From Tubiluchus corallicola (lineage: Eukaryota; Animalia; Priapulida), in the NCBI GenBank assembly GCA_030141605.1, contig JAQGDQ010000487.1, positions 62,001 through 126,000 of the forward strand: a stretch of 64,000 nucleotides of DNA. The letters run 5' to 3'. How positions within the stretch are numbered: the stretch's first letter is position 1; every line of letters begins with the position of its first letter. Positions 27,997 through 40,940 of this stretch are shown piece after piece. The position numbers and the translations under genes are program-made. A model generated the notes under the pieces. It saw only the letters and a list, made by a program, of their open reading frames with translations, made no database searches and was not told the origin of the DNA.

Positions 27997-30082
27997 TTAC
28001 TCACATAGCCAGGCATTCAGACAATAGTAAATTTAAATAAACTGTGCTGTGACCAACTGTTTTAAAATGTCCGTAACAGGCTCGAGGGATTTCACAAAAT
28101 ACGTTTTATCATATACCATGTAAAAGTATACTGAATAATGTGCAATGATGAGTTATACCAGAAAGCATTTAGTTACCTAACTGTCGATGGCATAGTAAAG
28201 AAATAGTAAGGAAGCTTCGTCAAACATTCCTACAAAATTATGAAAGGTGTTCCAACCAAGTGGAGTAGGAGAAAGCAAACATTTGCAAAGTGATTAGTTG
28301 ATAGGCGAAAAAAGCTAACTGATAAAGTAGTTTAATCCTCCAGTCCTGCCCACTTAGTCTTATCGTGACAGACACAGGAAACGCAATCTAGAAAAATATG
28401 TTGACCCTCGACTGCCTCACAATGGCAATAGGAAGTCTTGTGCAACAATTCATTATCTCAGCACTAGTGGAAAAACATGTTTTACATCTAATTAAAATGC
28501 ACATGAATGAGTAATGAACAAACTATTACGCTTAACCTTCATTCTTCAATAGTAATGGCAACCAAAAATAATGCGCCAGTATACAGTAAATGGTAATGGG
28601 GTGAATTTTTTCACGTAGACTTGGAAGCGAAAAACAATTTCATTGATTTTTTAAATTACCTGGAGAAATTGTTATGATTTAAATTTTTTCAAAAGCCATC
28701 ATATTGCTAGATTCAGTCAACCATTTTTTCACTTACTGCTTAAAAGTGCAAGTTAGATACCTAGAATAACTTTGCATAGGTTTTCAACCCCAAACCAGTT
28801 TTTTTCAATGGTGGCTACAGTGCTGCACAAGATTCACCAATTTTTTTCCTAATCACACCTAGCTGTCTGATCTACCTGAACCTGATCTAGTCTCGACTGA
28901 CTATAAAAATGATTCCTGGCTAAAATGAACCTGGCAGTTTGTGATATTACACTATTACTTGTTTCAGTTTGTCATTTTGTGTTAATTTTTATTTAGGATT
29001 AATTTTGCCATTAAACTTGTAACTGTAATTATTTAACTTACTCACATAGCCAGGCATTCAGACAATAGTAAATTTAAATAAACTCTGCTGTGGCCAACTG
29101 TTTTAAAATGTCTGTAACAGGCTCGAGGGATTTCACAAAATAAGTTTTATCATTTACCATGTCAAAGTATACTGAATAATGTGCAATGATGAGTTATACC
29201 AGAAAGCATTTAGTTACCTAACTGTCGATGGCATAGTAAAGAAATAGTAAGGAAGCTTCGTCAAACATTCCTACAAAATTATGAAAGGTGTTCCAACCAA
29301 GTGGAGTAGGAGAAAGCAAACATTTGCAAAGTGATTAGTTGATAGGCGAAAAAAGCTAACTGATAAAGTAGTTTAATCCTCCAGTCCTGCCCACTTAGTC
29401 TTATCGTGACAGACACAGGAAACGCAATCTAGAAAAATATGTTGACCCTCGACTGCCTCACAATGGCAATAGGAAGTCTTGTGCAACAATTCATTATCTC
29501 AGCACTAGTGGAAAAACATGTTTTACATCTAATTAAAATGCACATGAATGAGTAATGAACAAACTATTACGCTTAACCTTCATTCTTCAATAGTAATGGC
29601 AACCAAAAATAATGCGCCAGTATACAGTAAATGGTAATGGGGTGAATTTTTTCAAGTAGACTTGGAAGCGAAAAACAATTTCATTGATTTTTTAAATTAC
29701 CTGGAGAAATTGTTATGATTTAAATTTTTTCAAAAGCCATCATATTGCTAGATTCAGTCAACCATTTTTTCACTTGCTGCTTAAAAGTGCAAGTTAGATA
29801 CCTAGAATAACTTTGCATAGGTTTTCAACCCCAAACCAGTTTTTTTCAATGGTGGCTACAGTGCTGCACAAGATTCACCAATTTTTTTCCTAATCACACC
29901 TAGCTGTCTGATCTACCTGAACCTGATCTAGTCTCGACTGACTATAAAAATGATTCCTGCCTAAAATGAACCTGGCAGTTTATGATATTACACTATTACT
30001 TGTTTCAGTTTGTCATTTTGTGTTAATTTTTATTTAGGATTCATTTTGCCATTAAACTTGTAACTGTAATTATTTAACTTAC
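27997..30082. repeat. Near-perfect tandem duplication, 2 x 1041 bp, upstream of the urease CDS
   Basis: ttactcacatagccaggcattcag starts at 27997 and again at 29038, and both copies end ...aactgtaattatttaac. About 11 substitutions counted by eye. Confidence 0.95.
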
Positions 30083-32682
30083 CGATACCAAACAATGCTA
30101 GTTGGTGAGTCGACTTTCCACGGCAAGGAATTCAATTTAGAATGACCGGTATTGTCCACTAATCACTACGGAACAATACTCGAGTTAAATTTACAAATCA
30201 AGTTATAGTATAAGGATGGGTTTAAAAGACTGCAAAACGCTTGCAGCAAAGAATTAGTATAATGATACGTTTTGAGAAGTTAGTAACTAGTACTCTGCCT
30301 ACCAATACCGGTTTAATACAGTTGCAACGAAGCTTGCTGCGGCCTTTGCCAGGGAAATGTAAAAACCGTAGATATTTATATTACTACGTAATCCCTAGAT
30401 AGGACACACCATTTAAACAACTAGCGGTGGTAGTCTAGACTAGAGATCATCTAAGTAATATTATTATCTACGGTAAAAACTCAAGGCTAAGAAGAAATCA
30501 AAACAAACTTCGACCAGGCAGGTTTGATGCGATTTCGACAATTTCTAACGACTCACGGCAATAACGTCAAATCACTCTCGTTGACTGCCAAATCAGCGTG
30601 TAAGGTTTTTCACACCCCTGCAGAGCTTAATTAGCGCAATACTTTCGGGATATTTAGCTGCAGCTGCATATTGCCGAACATCATACTGTTATGAAAAATA
30701 CCCCACTTTTCATTAGTTACAAGGAGAAACATTGGCCTGGTTCTATATTTTATTATTGTCGATTGAAATTTTAAGTGTAAATACATAGGCTAGTTTTGTT
30801 TATTGCAGGAAGAAATGCACAATGCTTATGTCTACGAGTCGCTGGTTAATCCGTTTTGCTATCAAGAAAATAATGCAGTTATGACTTTGCAAGTTAGGTA
30901 AAAAAACAACAACAATATGATTAACTTTGAAGAAGGACAAATTAACCTGACGAGGTTATGCCGATCATATAACGCTGCTTTCACATTCGCAAACATCAAA
31001 TGGCGTATCTGAACAAAGTTGAGAAGAAATTTATAACTTCAGATTATTGAAGCCCGTGTGAGCAGGTATAAAATTTAATGATTCAAAGTTAACCAGCATG
31101 TAAAAAGTGCATCCTGAACATCTCTAAGTCGGTTTGCACAAGTTGTACTGAATATGTACCCTAGTCAGCCTTGGTCAGCAATAGATCAGACCAAACTGCA
31201 AACTTGAACTCATCCAGGAATCTGTGACAACTGTGATTATGAGTAAGTGAGCACCCTTGTAAATATCCCATATTTAGGCATAATGTTTTCAGTAGTTTTC
31301 AGGCAAAATGTTTCCTTTTGTGGCCGGCCTTTGTAATCTTTGCTGACATCTTCATGGTCTAAATTAATTCAAACGTGGTCAAAATTTATATTATATATCA
31401 ACATAATATCAGTTAATTTTGCGGTATTGTTCTGATTATAATCATAGTTAAAATATGCCATTGGGATTTGTGTAACTCGGACAGTTGATATAAAGGTCGT
31501 CTATGGAACGGAACAATCAAATTTATTCCATTTCATCAGCTTAGCAAACGAAAAAATGCAAAAACTGGATAAACCTTGCAAGCAAACACATGATCAATGA
31601 TCAGTCAAATATAGAAAAAATATGTTGCTGGCATGTTATGTTTAAAGGCAAGAGGGAATTAAAATTTTTGTTGCTCATTTATTTTAAAGCTAGGCTAACT
31701 GGCATGTGTTCTTTATTATAATACTTATTCCTCTGCAATTTCTAGTGCTTTGAAACTTCGTCTCTACATTCTGCCTAATTTGAAGAGACATTTTTTGGCT
31801 TCTTGGTGTGTTAATTTTGTATAAAAATAATTGCTGCTCTGCAAATTTGTGTATATGGAAAAGCACAGTCGGTTTATTGCTGATTAGATATTAAATTAAT
31901 TGTCATGTCGTTTACTAAACAACAGTAACTGTTGTTATCCGGCATAACTGTTGTCCCGAATGCCGCTAGGCATGCTCATGTCACAGTGGGGTGGAGCGAT
32001 AGAACAATATGCTTGACATCAATTATTAGAAAGTGGCAGGAAAAATTCTCTAAATTAGTCTGTTAGATTGTGACACACTTTCTGTATATTACTAAACAGA
32101 CAAACAGCTGTGAATTTAAATTTCATTAATACCTTTATCATCCATTCTGTAAATATCTAAAATCTGTTGTTAAAACAGATCAAATTGGCAGCTAGAAAAA
32201 AGTCAAGAACAATGATAATGCCATTGTTCTCCGTAATTGTGTAATAGACGTTAGATTTAATCGACTCAAAAAATATGTCTGTGGGCAACCAATTTCACCT
32301 GTAAAAGGTGTACATAGTGTTTAATGTAAAGCTATAATCAGTGTAGATATCGAATTCTATGGTTGGGTGCCTCTTTTTTTGTAATCTCTATTTCACCAAT
32401 ACTAGTTGCAATTCACAGAATATCATCAGCATATTGCATAGGTAACAAACTTGACGAAGGAGACCCAAAAATTGCATAATTATATATTCTTGCTAAAGAG
32501 GTTGCATGCACAGATTGAATGTGGATCTACAATTTTATAATTTATTATCTGAAAAGAGTAAACTGTTCAAATGTTTCGAGAACTGAGCTAACATTTTGCC
32601 AAAAACCGTCTACATTTTTGATTCAACAATCATTTTTTTATTTTCCAACTTTATTAATTTTATTTGTAACTGCATTAATTAT

Positions 32683-32860
32683 GTGGGAGTGGGAGTGTGA
32701 GTGGGTGTCGTAGTGGGAGGGAGTCTGAGAGTGGGTGTGGGAATGGGAGTGGGAGGGACTGTGGTACTGGGAGGGAGTGTGAGAGTGGGTGTGGAAGTGT
32801 GAGTGGGGAGAGCGAGTGGGAGTGGGATGGAATGGTAGTGAGGGAGGGGGTGGAGTGGGG
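32683..32860. repeat. Degenerate (GAGTGG/GAGTGT)n low-complexity repeat
   Basis: Direct reading; it explains the HS-rich and WE-rich ORFs. Confidence 0.8.
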
Positions 32861-32894
32861 AACATCAAAACTGCACAGATTTAAGCAAAATAAA

Positions 32895-33200
32895 CAATTT
32901 TATTAAAAACAGTAAAGAAGTTTCATAGCAACAGACTCAACAGCTTAAGATGGTAATGTTACAGCTGGCTTACAACAGGGAAGTCCAGACTGGGCGGAGG
33001 TTAACAGTTAAGTAGTTAAGTAGTAAGTGACAGAGGGGAGTGTTGGCACAATTGAATCCATAGTGCCCTTATAGAGGGCAAGAGAGCAAGGGAGTGAGTC
33101 CGGGAGAGGGAGGAAAGGCTCGATTGAGGGAGAGAGAGGAATGGGTCAAATGTTTGAGTGTGTGAGTCACAGGGATGAGAGGGATGCACTTTGCAGTAAT
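32895..33200 (-). mobile_element. Degenerate LINE 3' remnant
   Basis: The minus-strand peptide LLPSIRALWIQL resembles the SFFP.TIRLWNSL terminal motif of L2/CR1 ORF2. AATAAA follows downstream (~32904-32899). Confidence 0.35.
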
Positions 33201-33649
33201 ACACACACATTCTTTATGCATTTTTCGGTGCAATTATCGTTTGAGCTGATGTTTAGCTAATCTCGTGTTTTTTTTCATTTTCAGTTTAAAGTCTATTTTT
33301 GTAAGACTTGCAAATAAACTAATTTGTATTTAAACAAATCAGTTAGTTATTGTCACAGATTGTTTAAACTTAATGGATAATATAATATAATTACGGAATA
33401 AACGAACTTATAAACAATTTTCAAGCAGTTTTGGAGAACAGGTAATTAATTATTGTACTTAGTAGTACTAGTAATTGGTAAGTCTTTATATACAGTTTCG
33501 TTGTGCGCATGCGCATTGCTGCAGGCCAAAGGTTAAGCAACAATCCACGTAATATCGTACAAAGTGACGTACATAACTATACTACATTTGTTGTATATCT
33601 GCTTCAACATAAAGCCGCAGGCTCGAGTCCTGTATCAAGATATTATCTG

Positions 33650-34110
33650 CTTTGTTTTTACTCTTTTTTCGTATCGGAACACATCAGATGAAAGACTTAA
33701 CTTTAATGACGTTCATTTGTTGGCGTTTTGCTAGGACATTTGCACTCTGGCCTTACAGGACAAGAACAGGGATACCTAAGGTGGGTTTCAGAAAAATCGC
33801 CTTTAAAAATAATGCTACTTTACTGAAATTTTATGCGTATATCATACTTGTGCTAAAGGAAATTTTTATTTGTTTTCATTTTAAATCTCCTGCTGTTTCC
33901 AAGTCGCCATTACATGACGTCACCTACGCAAAACATAAATCAGGGGAAGAAAAGGCAATGTTAAACTATGCCCCAAAAAGCTTTCCTTGCAAATTTATGT
34001 TACTAGTATTTCACTAGCCTTAACCAGTGTTTTATTTAAAATGTTTTCACAAATTGGTAAAATGTCGTTGACTCACCTCCAGGGTGCGCCAATCACTAAC
34101 CAAAAACATA
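33650..34110. mobile_element. Dispersed non-autonomous repeat; inverted copy at ~63520-63900, fragment at ~44330-44410
   Basis: The blocks ggtttcagaaaaatcgc, aaatcaggggaagaaa and aaaatgttttcac..aattggtaa..tgtcg..gactc..ctccagggtgc reappear reverse-complemented at 63520-63880. Confidence 0.65.
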
Positions 34111-35099
34111 TTTTTAATCTTATTGACAAGATACAGTAATTTAAGATTTTACTTAGTCAGTGACGTGTGCGCTACGAATGCTCTGATTATTTTTTCAAAC
34201 TTTACACAATGTTATCTAAACTTGTTTCAAATGACCTACCATCAAAATGGCGTTACTGCCGACGGAAGTGATGTGGCAGTACAGTACGTAAGTGGTACAA
34301 AATTTCAAGACCATTTTTAAGCTTTATGTAAGTGGAGGGTAATTTTTGTGCTTTATGTAGTGGTATCGACTTGCAAAAACTGACTCACAGCAGCACATAA
34401 CAGTATTTCAATATAAACAAAGTTAATCGACGACAAGTATATAATTTATTTAAAGACAGTTTTTAATTGTAAAATGTTGCAATTCCCAAAACTAATACAA
34501 TTGTTTGTAAACTTGGTGCACTAAAAATAATCATTTTTTCTTCATTAACAGACTTGTTTCGAGAATTTGCGGAATCAGATTTCAGCTGAAAGAAATAAGT
34601 TAAAAACGTTAGTTATTACAATTTCAGAATGAAGATTATTATTAACGATTTTATAAACTCACACTTAATTTAACTTTTACACCAAACTTGGAAGACAGGA
34701 AAATTTCTTCTAAGATATGAAGCCTAGGTTTGAACCAAGTGTCATGTATTGATAGTACTGCATATGAATACCATAGTAGTGCGAGTGGTTAAATTTTGTT
34801 TGGTTTAAGACCGCGAGGCATGATGGATTAAACTCGTTTCATATTAGGTAGATTGAACTAGATAGATAGAAAAATATATAGCTTTTTTACAGAGTCGAGT
34901 AGTAATGGACTCCACAATTATTAAAAGATAGCTTATTGGTCTTGAATCTCCATGGTTTTACCAAAATAATTTTTTTATTTTCAATTTCTGAACATTTCGC
35001 AACGTGCTGGGCGCAAGAAAAACGTTCGACAGTTAACGTTCGTAACTAAGACAACGTAGTGTTGCCATGCCAGAAGTCGCCTAAAACTCACAAGATTCA

Positions 35100-35832
35100 T
35101 AAATTATACCAATGATAAAAACTCAATAGAGGAGAAACTGAGCAGAATGGATCTCGTTGTAAACAAAAATAAAGCTAAAGAGTTTCACATAACACGCCGT
35201 GGTGATGAATCATGGCAAAGGTGCAAGTATCTCGGTAGTCTACTGGCAACAGAACACGACGTATCAAGACGGAAGATAATGGCATTATCAGCTTACTCAA
35301 AACTCACAAAAGTTTTTGAGAATAGGAAAACTTCTTTGGAAACAAAAATTAGAATATTCTCAGCCTTAGTTGAAACTGTATTTCTGTATAACTCAGAGCT
35401 CTGGACATTAAAAGCAAATCATAAAGCTGAAATCGATGCGTTTCAAAGGCAAAATTACAGAAACATTTTGGGTATTAGATGGCCAAAGAAAATTTCAAAC
35501 AAAGATCTATATGAAAAAATAAAAGAAGAACCTTGGACAAGAAAAATAAAAAGACGCTGTTTCAGATGGATTGGGCATATGCTTAGACTACCTGATAATA
35601 TTCCAGTGAAGATAGCTCTTCAACAAGCCATAGAACCAGCTAAAAACCCGCAGGAGGACAGATGTTAACATATCTAGATTTTGCACAGAAAGATTTAAAC
35701 ACTTCAGCATTGATCCTTAGAAATAAATGCACTTGGGGCACTGCGGCGAGCAGGGAGTCCTGGCATAGGGAGGTGAGCAGAATCATGTCACTGGACGTGT
35801 GATTCATTGGATGATGACGTTGATGATGACAA
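35100..35832 (+). mobile_element. 5'-truncated RTE-like LINE reverse transcriptase C-terminus (frameshifted) with (GAT)n tail
   Basis: ORF 35147-35668: KYLGS, TKIRIFSALVETVFLYNSELWTL, RNILGIRWPKKISNKDLY, RWIGHMLRLPDNIPVK. It continues in another frame (MLTYLDFAQKDL...AASRESW), followed by a gatgatgacgttgatgatgac tail. Confidence 0.85.
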
Positions 35833-36404
35833 GATTTAAATTCTGGTTGTGCGCAGAACTGCATTGTACAGTACCGAGTGCTTACCTACTGTACCAGCTA
35901 AAATTATAACTCCCTGCAATTGTTTAAATTTTCTACTGTTTCTTCGCACTTTAGTTTTCAGCATTCTTGCCACTGAATTCTCATAAAAACGTACATACGT
36001 TCTGTGTCAGTTTCGTGAATTGAAAACCTGCTCGTTCTAATTTTTTTGCGTGCTTGTCAAGTTCTCCGAGATTTTTTTGTTAGATAAATAGGTATGCAAG
36101 TTTAGTTAGAAACTTACAGGCTTAAAGGCCTTTATTCTCAGCAATGATCTTAGATTTACACATTTTATAATTTTACGCAAATATATTATCTTATTAGTGT
36201 AGTTTAAATTGTAAGTATTGTAAACCGCTTTAGAGCTTGCAAACAGGTAGCACGCCATAGAAAAGTAAATAAACTTAAACTTGATCAACACGTACGCAAA
36301 AATGTCAAGCGATTGTGAGAAATAATCTCTCTGCCCGATGCTATTCTGATTAGCTGCAGCAAAACTACTGAGTACGTGAATCAGAGGTTATCACTTTCTG
36401 GTTG

Positions 36405-36560
36405 ATCCGCGGCCGAAAAATCCGCAAGTGTACAATCGGCATATTCAAAATCCGCAACCGACGTCCTCAAATATACATATCCGCATCTGCAATCGCAATT
36501 CTTCAAGCGTACATATTTGCATCCACAAGTATCCGCATCCGCAACACGCGGATTGAATGA
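36405..36560. mobile_element. MITE-like fragment with repeated ATCCGC motifs
   Basis: Several atccgc/atccgca units ending in gcggat. Confidence 0.35.
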
Positions 36561-38121
36561 AATTTACATATCCTTGCGCACTTATTTAAGCAAGAATCAG
36601 AATTTAAGGAAGAAAACTATTTACATTTTAGTTGAGGATTTGTGCCATCAAGATAAACAAAAAATAATCAGTAATTAGCAAGGTATGTCGCTTATCAATA
36701 TCATTGTAGACAGGAGAACAAGTAGGAAGGATGAAATTTGTCCCTTAACTAAATTGTAAACAATGGAGACCGGGTTCCAATAGTTTTTATTAGAACAGCC
36801 ATCAACTTGCATGAAATTTGTGGGATGATTAGTGAGCTGTGTTACTGAACTAAAAAAGAGTAGCTACGCGAATACAGTTCTTTCTAGCTGCAAACATAAA
36901 TTATTTATCCCATTTTATAATTATGTTAATTAAGTTTATCACAACAGGGGACAACCTTCTTGCTAAATTTAGTTCCATAAATTTTTGTTCAGTTCGACTT
37001 AACAGATTCAGGTAAGAAAGCTCCTATGAACAAACTATTTTAAGCTATAATAGCTGTTTAAACTCACTATCAGATGATCTAACATAGCTATCAATTTTTC
37101 TTAAAAATCTTCGCTCTCAACAAACCAACTGGCATTGCAGGCATAATAAAGTTCTGCATGAGCAATTAAAAAAGTAATTTTATAAACTTCTTGACAGAAT
37201 TTTCTTAGCTATAAGGATTATCCCGGTCGTAAAAAGGCGTGAAGATTTTTAGTAAAAGGGTTTATTCAAAAAGAGGTTTCAGGAGATCTGCCTTACAATT
37301 TTATACTACTGCAGATGAGAATATGAGAAATATTTCATATATTCTACGTCAGAATAATTAACATCAACGAAGCAGTAAAAAGCCAGGCGAACTTCCACTG
37401 TCCTAGCAGCCATCCTCAGCATTTTTATGTTTGTTTTTTTGAAAGTTTTGATGTGCAGAAGACGGCTGGTAGTGCTAGGACTGGCAAAACGTCCTCAGTA
37501 TGCTGTTAGGAAGTGCGGGGCCAAATTAGAAAACTGTTAGTGGTGCCATCTACCCTACAAAAGCTGAAGATTCATGTTTTTGGTTCGTGTAGTACACCAC
37601 TCCCAGCCAAAAAGCTAACGAGGGCTCTACCATTAGCCACAATAATATGTACTGACAATTGAAAACCTGTATCAAATATTTAATATTTTGTTACAAGTCA
37701 GGATAATTATTGACATACTGTTTGTGCGTGTACCTTCTAAAAACAGATGATAAATTGAAACTTCAAAACAAATAAACAAACGATCAGTAAAAAACATTAA
37801 AACATAGATATACGATATCAGACTGAATGGTTTCACTACGTTCATAGTGTATCAAGAAACTTCGTGCACACTGGACGTTCATTAATTTATCATAGAGTCC
37901 TCAGCTCGAGTGTGTGTGCGGGGTCTCTCTTGGCACAGGGCCCGATTTGGAAGAATCTGTCAAATTGGTTTAAAACCGGCCGTGTATTTTACGCCATGTT
38001 TACTGCTTCGTTTGTGTTATTATCAAAGGATCAACTAACGTTTTCTATACCTGTATTTACCCGATATCTTTGATGTTGATCAAGTTATTCATCTTTATCG
38101 TTTTGAGGTGTTTCAGTCTAC

Positions 38122-40275
38122 TTAAAACACTTGCCAGTACATCCAATTTTCTTCAAAACTTTCCTTGGTTGCTCCTCTGTTCCGTGATCTAGGCAGCTTC
38201 TGCGCGGTACGACGACCAGCTCCTTTACGACGAGACCCCTGGCGGCTTCGAGTGGATCGACGTCGTCTACCTTGTTGCCGACGACTGCGACCCCTCCTAC
38301 TGCGAGATCGTGACCCTGAAAGGTAAAATAAGTAGGTAGTCCTTTAAGTCAATACAGGCGTGTTTTAACGTGTAAATATAACGTCTTCTTTGGATTGTGG
38401 TCTCGAGGCTTCTCCTCACTAGGGCCTAAACGCCTACAGTTTGTTCGCAAAACTCTGCTGCTTCTTGTAGTCTTACCCTAGAGATTCATAAATGTAGAAC
38501 AGCTATCGATACATACAGTTTTCTTCCGGGCTTCTTAAATTTGGAATTGTGTAGCAAGAACGTGCTTCCTTGAACGATTTGCCTCACTCAAGAATATTAA
38601 CAGATGAGTTCTATAACCAGCAGATTAGTAGTATGAATCTTATTTCTCTGGGCATGTGGGCTTAAATCATATCTCACTTTCTTACTGTAACTTTTTCTTT
38701 GGGTGGCCATTGGCGTTGTTTGGGGCGTTTTTTTATAAAAATGTACATCTTTTAAAAAGACTTTGGCGTTTTGGGTGTGGGCCGGTGGAGGACCTGTACC
38801 ACTGTGGAGGTGGGTGCTTAAAATGCGACTTTCTAATGAGTGCAGTGAAAATTGAAAGCACGAAAAGTGACAGGAACTCTGTGTAGCTGAGTAACTAATT
38901 GTTCAAATCGGGGTCTATTACACGCCCTTTGTTTTTCTGGTATTCAATAATGACATTGTTATGAATATTAATAGTAGCTTTTAACACTTCATTGATTGAC
39001 TGATTGATCATTTACATGTAGTTTCGCAAAATTCGGCAAAGTAATTAAATTTTCATCGTAATGAACCCAAAGCGTATTACTCTCTATAAAAGGGAAGGTC
39101 AAGCATTCTGGAAAGTTAGGCTTATTTCAATGCTCACGAAAAATGTTAGCAGGATTTAGTACTAAAACTGCAATAAGCGCCTCGTGTAACTAGTAAAATC
39201 ACTTTAAAGTTTGGGATCACTTCATGCTTGGGCGCTCCCATTTTCAATGCCCATTCTTCTTCGAATGACGTCATTCGCATTGAAGAAAAGTAGCGCACTG
39301 TCAGTCTTCGTCAAAAGTATAACAAAATTTTGCAAAAACATTAGATGGCTAATTTTGTAACATTTTTGCATGACATTAGGTAAGCTGCAGAAGTTTGAAT
39401 TAGTTTAAGCAGCACGCACTTACGGAAAGCCACGATGCGCTTACGAAAACTCAAAAAGTCTCCCAGTTACATCATAATTTTCAAATGGCGGCAACCACCA
39501 CGCCTGAAAATTTCTATTGAGAGGTAGTACATTTTATATTATGCTCTATAGAAATTTTTTTGCATATTTCTTTGTTGCTTTCTTCTAAGTTTAAGTGATA
39601 ACAGTAAATAAACTTAACATACTGAATGACTTGTTCAATCCTTTAACTTCATTCAGTTCAATAAAGACTCGTAAAAAACTATAAAAAAGAGATCGCAAAA
39701 ACAATTTTGCATTTCAACAATTGACTTGGCGAAAATAAAAGTATTTAAAGAGAACTGCAACGAAATTTTTCAACTGCTGCAAAAAACTTCGAAAAATAAA
39801 GTTAGATCAGCTAGAGGCACTACCACCTGTTTAAAATGCTGTCTCCTATGAATATGGCCATTTTATTTAGATATTTAAATAATTTACACCACGTACCAAT
39901 TAAGAAGCTATGTGGCGTATCTCTAATTTTAAGGCCCTCGCTATGACGCCATGACAACATGCATTACTAGCTAAAGAAACCAATGGACCTTAGGGCCTAA
40001 TATTAAGCCAAGTCATCAAGCAATGCAGATCTAATCCATCGTCATTAGGCGATAATTATTTTTGCGTAGTTTCTTTTTAGCTTGTTTTAATGACAGCAGT
40101 CAGTAAATTGTAAAATAAACAGAATTTACTTCAATTTCGTAACGAACGACGTTAAAATAATTTCTCCTGCAATTTTAATACAACTAGTGGTAAACCGCAA
40201 TTGTAAAATATAATCATTATTTAAAAAAATATATGGTTGCTTACTGTTCACACGCCCACGCTGAGGGGCCGCCAT
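38122..40275 (-). CDS. Candidate 2-exon Arg/Ser-rich small basic protein (protamine-like / sperm nuclear basic protein), 74 aa
   Basis: Exon 1 is 40275-40245 (ATG GCG GCC CCT CAG CGT GGG CGT GTG AAC A|gtaagc). Exon 2 is 38315-38122 (ttttacctttcag|GG TCA CGA...TAA). The phase-1 junction matches. Product: MAAPQRGRVNRSRSRSRRGRSRRQQGRRRRSTRSRQGSRRKGAGRRTAQKLPRSRNRGATKESFEENWMYWQVF (23 Arg). Both exons are GC-rich islands in an AT-rich background. Confidence 0.6.
39330..39620 (+). mobile_element. Dispersed repeat; second copy at ~43040-43320
   Basis: agtttgaattagtttaagcagcacgcacttacggaaagccacgatgcgcttacgaaaa (~39391) versus agtttgtattggtttaagcagcgcgcgctgacggaaagccacgatgcgtttacgaaaa (~43094), with further shared downstream blocks. 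Confidence 0.65.
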
Positions 40276-40524
40276 TACGGCCTACGGCAATTCATCCATC
40301 AGACGGAAACGGAGACTTAGGCTTACTTTTTAGAAAAACCCAGTAGAAATTATAGTTTCTATAGTTACAGGCTCTTTGCTGACGTCAACCATTTGTGTGC
40401 ATCTTTTGTCAAACTAAAAAAACTGTTTAAGAATTTTTCTGCTTTTGCTGTTTTTATTTCTGGAACATTTCGAAAAAATCGGCTGGGTTGATTTGGTTAG
40501 CCATGCGTCTCCTACGAAATATTT

Positions 40525-40940
40525 TAATTTAGATTAGTTTATTACACACCAAACAAAAAATATTAAAATATATACATACACAACATGCACACCAATACGT
40601 CATATAAAAGCATATAATCCACATTAAAATATGTACATATGAAAAACAACATAATAATGAGGGGGTATGGAAGACACGTAAAGAGCAGACGTTTCTTAAA
40701 TGTGTCTGTTAAATACTAAGAACATATTTTAGCTTTTCATAATTTAATCGTCGTTTAAAAAGTTTGCATTTCGAGAATTTACCAATGGTGAATCATTTCG
40801 AATTTCTGGTAAACTGTTCCAAATCGGAACAAGCCTATTAGAAACAATATAACTTGTCCAACTAGACGTAGCTAATGTAACAAATTTGTCTCTGTCTATT
40901 TCTATTATCTCTATGTATGATTTGATGTCACAGTTATATA
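40525..40940 (-). mobile_element. LINE (L2/CR1-like) 3' remnant
   Basis: The minus strand encodes YIVSNRLVPIWNSLPEIRN (WNSLP terminal motif), followed by AATAAA and a ctaatct tail. Confidence 0.6.

Noticed and set aside
30790-31250. Possible plus-strand exons of a gene divergent from urease (acceptor at ~30808; CKKC..CTSC peptide near 31095)
   Set aside because: The frames are short and stop-interrupted, and no consistent splicing path or recognisable domain was found.
38193-38322. Plus-strand exon-like open frame AASARYDDQLLYDETPGGFEWIDVVYLVADDCDPSYCEIVTLK with AG/GT ends
   Set aside because: Its C-ending codons are atypical for this AT-rich genome and are the shifted complement of the CGT/CGA Arg codons on the minus strand. 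No partner exons were found. It is probably a shadow frame; stranded RNA-seq would settle it.
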